From Macrostomum lignano (Eukaryota), in contig NIVC01000494.1 in assembly GCA_002269645.1 (NCBI GenBank), positions 496,001-560,000 of the forward strand: a stretch of 64,000 bases of DNA. Reading direction: 5' to 3'. The position numbers and the translations under genes are program-made. The notes under the pieces are model-generated. The model searched no databases and was not told the DNA's origin. It was given only the letters and a program-made list of their open reading frames with translations. This document shows positions 59,001 to 64,000 of the stretch, in pieces (position 1 is the first letter of the stretch; each line of letters starts with the position of its first letter).

Positions 59001-62000
59001 CATAAAAAATCATAAAGCAATCAATTCACAAATACATAGTGCTCACTCTTGCACGGCGTGAAATAGCTAACGGTGATGTCGGCCTCCTTGGCCCGGCAGG
59101 CGAATTCGTACATGGCCTTCTCCGAGGCATGCGTCCGACCTTTGTTGTCGCACACCTGGCCTTGAACCAGACACCGTTTGCCAACGCAATCGCAGGTGCA
59201 CTCCGGTGTGTTCTGCTCGGTGACTCGGCACATCTGGTTAGGCGCGCAGGCCTCCTCACACACGGAATTGCAGGTGCGACCGTCGCCTTGGTAGCCATGA
59301 CGACAAGAGCAGGTGTAAGAACCGATAGTGTCGACGCATTGGGCCATCGGGTCGCATTTATGAGTGCCCCGGCCGCATTCGTCCTCGTTGAGGCACTGAC
59401 CGTACTCATTCGCTCTGGGAGTCGTACAGGTGCGGGTAAATACGCGATTTTAAAAGCTGGAAAATGTACCTAAGAGTACAATTAACATCATCAAATTTTT
59501 CACAGGTATATCAATTGAGAAAAGTCTGAAAATGTACATGTAACACATCGATGTGTGTGCTCATGCTCAGTGCATTAACACCGATCAGGGAATGCGTTCA
59601 AGGAAATCATCAGGTAAATGTAGAACTTTATTTTTTAGGCAATTCAACCCGGGCCGACCAAAGCATGCTCGCAGAGCCCTGCTTGGACTCAACCGCAGGG
59701 AAATCAGGGCAGTGACCAGCACCCTCTTGGGTCATGGCTGTTTTGCCAGGCATCGTCACCTCCAGGGAAAAATCCGTAGCGAGGAATGCCCCATTCTGCT
59801 TCTCAGGTGTTGAGAATGCGGAGCACTTCATCTCTGAATGCCCCGCCTTTACTCAGCAGGACAGGCCCAAACCCGGACTTCACCGACGCTTTCAGGCCCG
59901 AAAACCTCTCCTAGACTCTCCGGAGGTGGACCGCGCTGCGGACATCGGCACCACCGGACTTCTCTGCACGACACCACAGCAGCACCAGCTGCCCGTAGTC
60001 GCCAGGGGTTAGCGGATTGGGCGGCAACGCCTCCTCGCTGCATCCGGATGCCCGCAACCCCCTGCAGTTGAGTCAAGCAAGACCAGAATATGCACCGCTT
60101 ACACATAGCCAGCGTTGCACTGGCACCGATGCCCGGAGCTGGTGGACACGCAGTGCGAGTTCGGCGGGCACGTGACGTTGGCCAACACGCATTCGTCGAT
60201 TCGCTGGCACAGACTGTTGTCGACCATGGCCGAGCCCGGCTTGCAGGTGCAGCTGAAGCTGCCCGGCTGGTTGGTGCACACGCCGTAGTCGGGGTCACCG
60301 CAAGCGTCCGGCTTGGCGCACTCGTCGATGTCGACGCACAGGAAGGGGCCGCTGGGCTGGTAGCCAGCCGAACAGGTGCAAGTGTAATTACCGGCCGTGT
60401 TGGTGCAGACTCCGTTGGGACAGGCGTTGGCGGATTTGCATTCGTCAATGTCGACGCAGTTATTATCGGAGTCGAGGATATAGCCTTTGGGACAGTAGCA
60501 GCGGTAGGAGCCCACCGTGTCGACGCACACCTGGTTAGGCGGGCATCTGCCAGGTAAAAAAGGTTGGGTTGATATAGTAATAAAGCTTAGAATAATTATA
60601 CGTCAGGTGAAGGACAAACGAACGGATGTATGGATAGGACGTTAATGTACGTTAATGGACGAAAACTAATTGAGTTCGATACAAAGGTAGAGTTTTTATT
60701 AGACAAAAAGTTAAGACTAGACTATTGTGAAAGATTTTGAAGGTTGACTATTTAGGTAGACAAAAATGCAGACTGGAAGATTTAGGTAGACATAAAGGCT
60801 GTTGCATGTTTAAGAAACTTCAACTTTACCTCGCAGCTAGCCTAGCAGCGCTGGGCAGAGCGCATTCGTCGATATTGGCGCACGCGGTGTCCTTGAACTC
60901 GTAGCCATCGGGGCAGTTGCACACGAAACTGCCGGGCGTGTTGACGCAACTGCCGCCTGGCTGACAGAAGCCCAGATTGGCTTCGGCGGCCAGTTTGCAC
61001 TCGTCGACGTCTGCGCAATGATGAAGAAGATTCGATGACGACGGTGACCAGGCAGCGTTTCAACCATTGGCTCAGTGAGTTAAATTTGTGAGAAGTGCAC
61101 AAAATAGAATTACCTCTAGACGGTCGGTCTCCCTTACCAACACCACCACCTGACCTTAAATTCACCTGTCTTAACTTACGGACCTGTCCTCAGCTTCACC
61201 TGTGATGTAACTTAACCTGTACATAACTGCAGCAATACTCAACCTCACTTGTACTCAACCTCACCTGTACTCAACCTCACCTGTACTCAACCTCACTTGT
61301 GCTCAACCTCGCCTGTACTCAATCTCACCTGTACTCAACCTCACCAGTGTAGAAAAGTTAATGCCGCGTTATGGTGCTAGGCAGGCATGAAGAATATCTC
61401 AAAGGCCGCTTGCACTTAGCAGGGCCGGCTTATATTTGGCTATGGCTAATTGCGTAATACGAGCTAAATCAATTATTGAAGTGAGTGGTTGGCTGTACGT
61501 ACTTGTACGGGGCAGTGATAGCGCTGGACCAAGTGAGCGAGGGAGAGAGAGAGGGAGGCAGATGTACACTGCTCCACAACCAGTACTCAAACTCACCTGT
61601 ACTTTAAACTCACCAGTACTAAACCTCGCCTCTCCTCAACTTCACCTATCTTTGTACTTGTCTATCTTCAACCTCACTTGTCCTCAACTCTTCACCTGCC
61701 GAATAACTCACCAACACAATCGGTGCCCTTCAGAGCGAAGCCAGCCTGACACTTGCACCGGAAACTGCCCATAGTGTTGACGCACAGCTGACCGGCACCC
61801 GTGCAGTTGTGCAGACCCATGCTGCACTCGTCAATATCCTGGCACAGCCGTTCATTGTCAGGCGGGTTAATGTAACCCTCCGGACAGGCGCACGCGTAGC
61901 CGGTGGTGGTATTGTCAACGCACAGAGCTCCTGCTGGGCAAGCGTCGGCACGTTCCGAGCATTGGTTGATGTGCTCGCAGGCTCCTGTCAGAGACATTTG

Positions 62001-62752
62001 CTGGCCTCGAGGACAGTAGCACTGGTAGCCGCCGCGGGTGTTGTTGCACAGCGCCGTGGGGTGGCAGCTGCCGTTGCGGCTACACTCGTCAACATCAACG
62101 CAGTAGACGCCGTTTACTGTGAAACCGACTGGACAGCTGCACGCGTAGCTGGCGAAGGTGTTGTGACAGGTCTGCTCGGGTCCGCACACTCCGGGAGAGG
62201 CGCATTCGTCGATGTCTGGATGACGAAATTTTAGAACAGTATATATGTGCAAGCTTTTGACGTTGTTTAGGGCGGTCAGGGTTCGAGGATGTGCCTCAGT
62301 GCTCATTGGGATCCTCTAGAGCGGTCAGCAGGGTTCGAGGATGTGCTCAGTGCTCATTGGGATCCCCTAGAGCGGTCAGCAGGGTTCGAGGATGTGCTCA
62401 GTGCTCATTGGGATCCCCTAGAGCGGTCAGCAGGGTTCTAGGATGTGCTCAGTGCTCATTGGGATCCCCTAGATCGGTCAGCAGGGTTCGAGGATGTACT
62501 CAGTGCTCAGATCCTCTAGGGCTTGGAAGCATCCTCTGCTTCATCGAGTTTATTTAGAGTTCGGAAGAGTTCTCATCAGAACCTCAACTCACCCTGGCAG
62601 TGGGTCCTGTTGAGCATCTCCAAGCCGAGTTTGCATCGGCAGGCGAAGCTGCCAACCAGGTTGACGCAGTCAGCCGTGCCTCGGTTGCAGTCGTCCGCGT
62701 TCTCGGAGCACTCGTCAATGTCTGCGTTGGGCAGAGGATTAAGGGATGAAAT

Positions 62753-62831
<79 letters not shown>

Positions 62832-62852
62832 CACAGACAGACAGACACAGAC

Positions 62853-62903
<51 letters not shown>

Positions 62904-62934
62904 CACAGACAGACAGTCAGTCAGACAGACAGAC

Positions 62935-62983
<49 letters not shown>

Positions 62984-63022
62984 CACAGACAGACAGTCAG
63001 TCAGACAGACAGACAGTCAGTC

Positions 63023-63075
<53 letters not shown>

Positions 63076-63479
63076 GTCAGTCAGACAGACAGACAGACAG
63101 TCCCAGTCCCTGTCACTCACCAACGCAGCCGCGGGGTCCAACGGGCCGGAAGCCCTGGTTGCACTCGCACTGATAAGATCCGGGCGTGTCAACGCACTTG
63201 GCGTTGGCCTGGCACGTGGCGCCTCGATCGCACTCGTTAATGTTGACGCACCGGTAGGTTCCGAGCACGTTCTCATAGCCGGACACGCAGTCGCAGGTGT
63301 AGTTCAACCGGTGCACCCGGTTGTCCAGGTTGCGGCAGCTGGAGATGCTGGTGTTGCACTGGTTGGGCCCGGCGCATTCGTTCACATCGTCGCACACGAC
63401 GCCATTGCCGGTGAAACCGTCCAGACAGACGCAGCGAGCCTCGCCGTTGACTGTCTGGCATTTGGCGAACGGGCTGCAC
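56005..63479 (-). CDS. 3' part of a large secreted protein: ~14 EGF/EGF-Ca repeats, 2 follistatin-Kazal, TSP1, follistatin-Kazal, C-terminal cystine knot. Exons 63479-63121, 62721-62593, 62215-61712, 61010-60830, 60546-60103, 59414-59047, 58445-58215, 57657-57062, 56061-56005
   Basis: D(I/V)DEC...C.NT.GS(Y/F).C.C repeats, Kazal-type VC...C motifs, TSP1 [20 protein letters not shown], and CT knot HC...GC...HRCDGGC...CC..C...SCSC. All eight introns are GT-AG with matching phases. The 5' part lies beyond the window. Confidence 0.9.
56601..56889 (-). mobile_element. Full-length tRNA-derived SINE copy in the last intron of the EGF/CT-knot gene
   Basis: Head with A- and B-box-like motifs (GGTTCGATTTTCG), the family body and an (TTA)n tail. 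Confidence 0.85.
57765..58015. repeat. 82-bp tandem repeat, about 3 copies, intronic
   Basis: AATTTGTGCG recurs at 57791, 57873 and 57955. Confidence 0.9.
58545..58900. repeat. 15-16 bp minisatellite (AACCTCACCTGTACTT), intronic; related arrays at ~61195-61345 and ~61570-61700
   Basis: More than 20 tandem copies; the sense strand of the host gene reads AAGTACAGGTGAGGTT. Confidence 0.9.
59560..60070 (+). mobile_element. 3' fragment of a non-LTR retrotransposon ORF2 (I/R1-like C-terminus), antisense in an intron
   Basis: [20 protein letters not shown]...HRH followed, after a frameshift, by CPFC....[13 protein letters not shown] (CCHC-type finger typical of LINE ORF2 ends). Confidence 0.7.
62272..62522. 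repeat. 51-bp minisatellite, about 5 copies, intronic
   Basis: Unit AGCGGTCAGCAGGGTTCGAGGATGTGCTCAGTGCTCATTGGGATCCCCTAG. Confidence 0.9.
62751..63100. repeat. (GACA)n microsatellite filling an intron
   Basis: Occupies nearly all of intron 62722-63120. Confidence 0.95.
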
Positions 63480-63524
63480 CTGTTGGGAGGCGGGAGACGG
63501 GATGGTCTCACGGTTTTCCTTTCC

Positions 63525-64000
63525 TCTCACAATCTCGTCTTACCTCACAAAATCTCACAATCTCATTACTCACACCTCACTAAATCTCACAATCTCATCA
63601 CACCTCACTAAATCTCACAATCTCATCACGTCTCACAAAATCTCACAATCTCATTACTCACACCTCACTAAATCTCACAATCTCATTTCAACTCACTAAA
63701 TCTCACAATCTCATTACTCACACCTCACTAAATCTCACAATCTCATTACTCACACCTCACTAAATCTCACAATCTCATTACTCACACCTCACTAAATCTC
63801 ACAATCTCATTTCACCTCACTAAATCTCACAATCTCATTTCACCTCACTAAATCTCACAATCTCATTACTCACACCTCACTAAATCTCAAAATCTCATTA
63901 CTCACACCTCACTAAATCTCACAATCTCATCACGTCTCACAAAATCTCACAATCTCATTACTCACACCTCACTAAATCTCACAATCTCATTTCACCTCAC
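63525..64000. repeat. ~32-bp minisatellite (CACCTCACTAAATCTCACAATCTCATTACTCA), intronic, running off the window
   Basis: Tandem copies with 28-32 bp variants. Confidence 0.95.

Overview
Eukaryotic (metazoan) genomic DNA. It has GC-rich exons split by GT-AG introns, many of them filled with minisatellites, plus a dense transposon cluster. This style resembles the flatworm Macrostomum (inference only). I reconstructed spliced gene models by hand and checked their phases. Minus strand: RASSF7/8-like (2 exons), TEX2-like SMP-domain tether (5 exons), NDUFA6 (2 exons), a melatonin-receptor-like GPCR (4 exons), and the 3' part of a large secreted EGF-Ca/follistatin-Kazal/TSP1/cystine-knot protein (9 exons in the window). 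Plus strand: the last exon of a probable receptor, an intronless C-type lectin + PAN/apple gene, and a 6-exon EF-hand gene. Mobile DNA: a tRNA-derived CORE-like SINE family (twice nested antisense inside another copy of itself), three MITEs, a Gypsy LTR with tRNA-Leu PBS, an RT-deleted Mag-type Gypsy, an RTE-like LINE split by a 2.8-kb CCC-ended TIR element with a TG target duplication, and a LINE 3' fragment. A 7.1-kb 51/52-bp satellite and many other tandem arrays explain most long ORFs in the ORF track. I found no CRISPR, rRNA or genuine tRNA genes.
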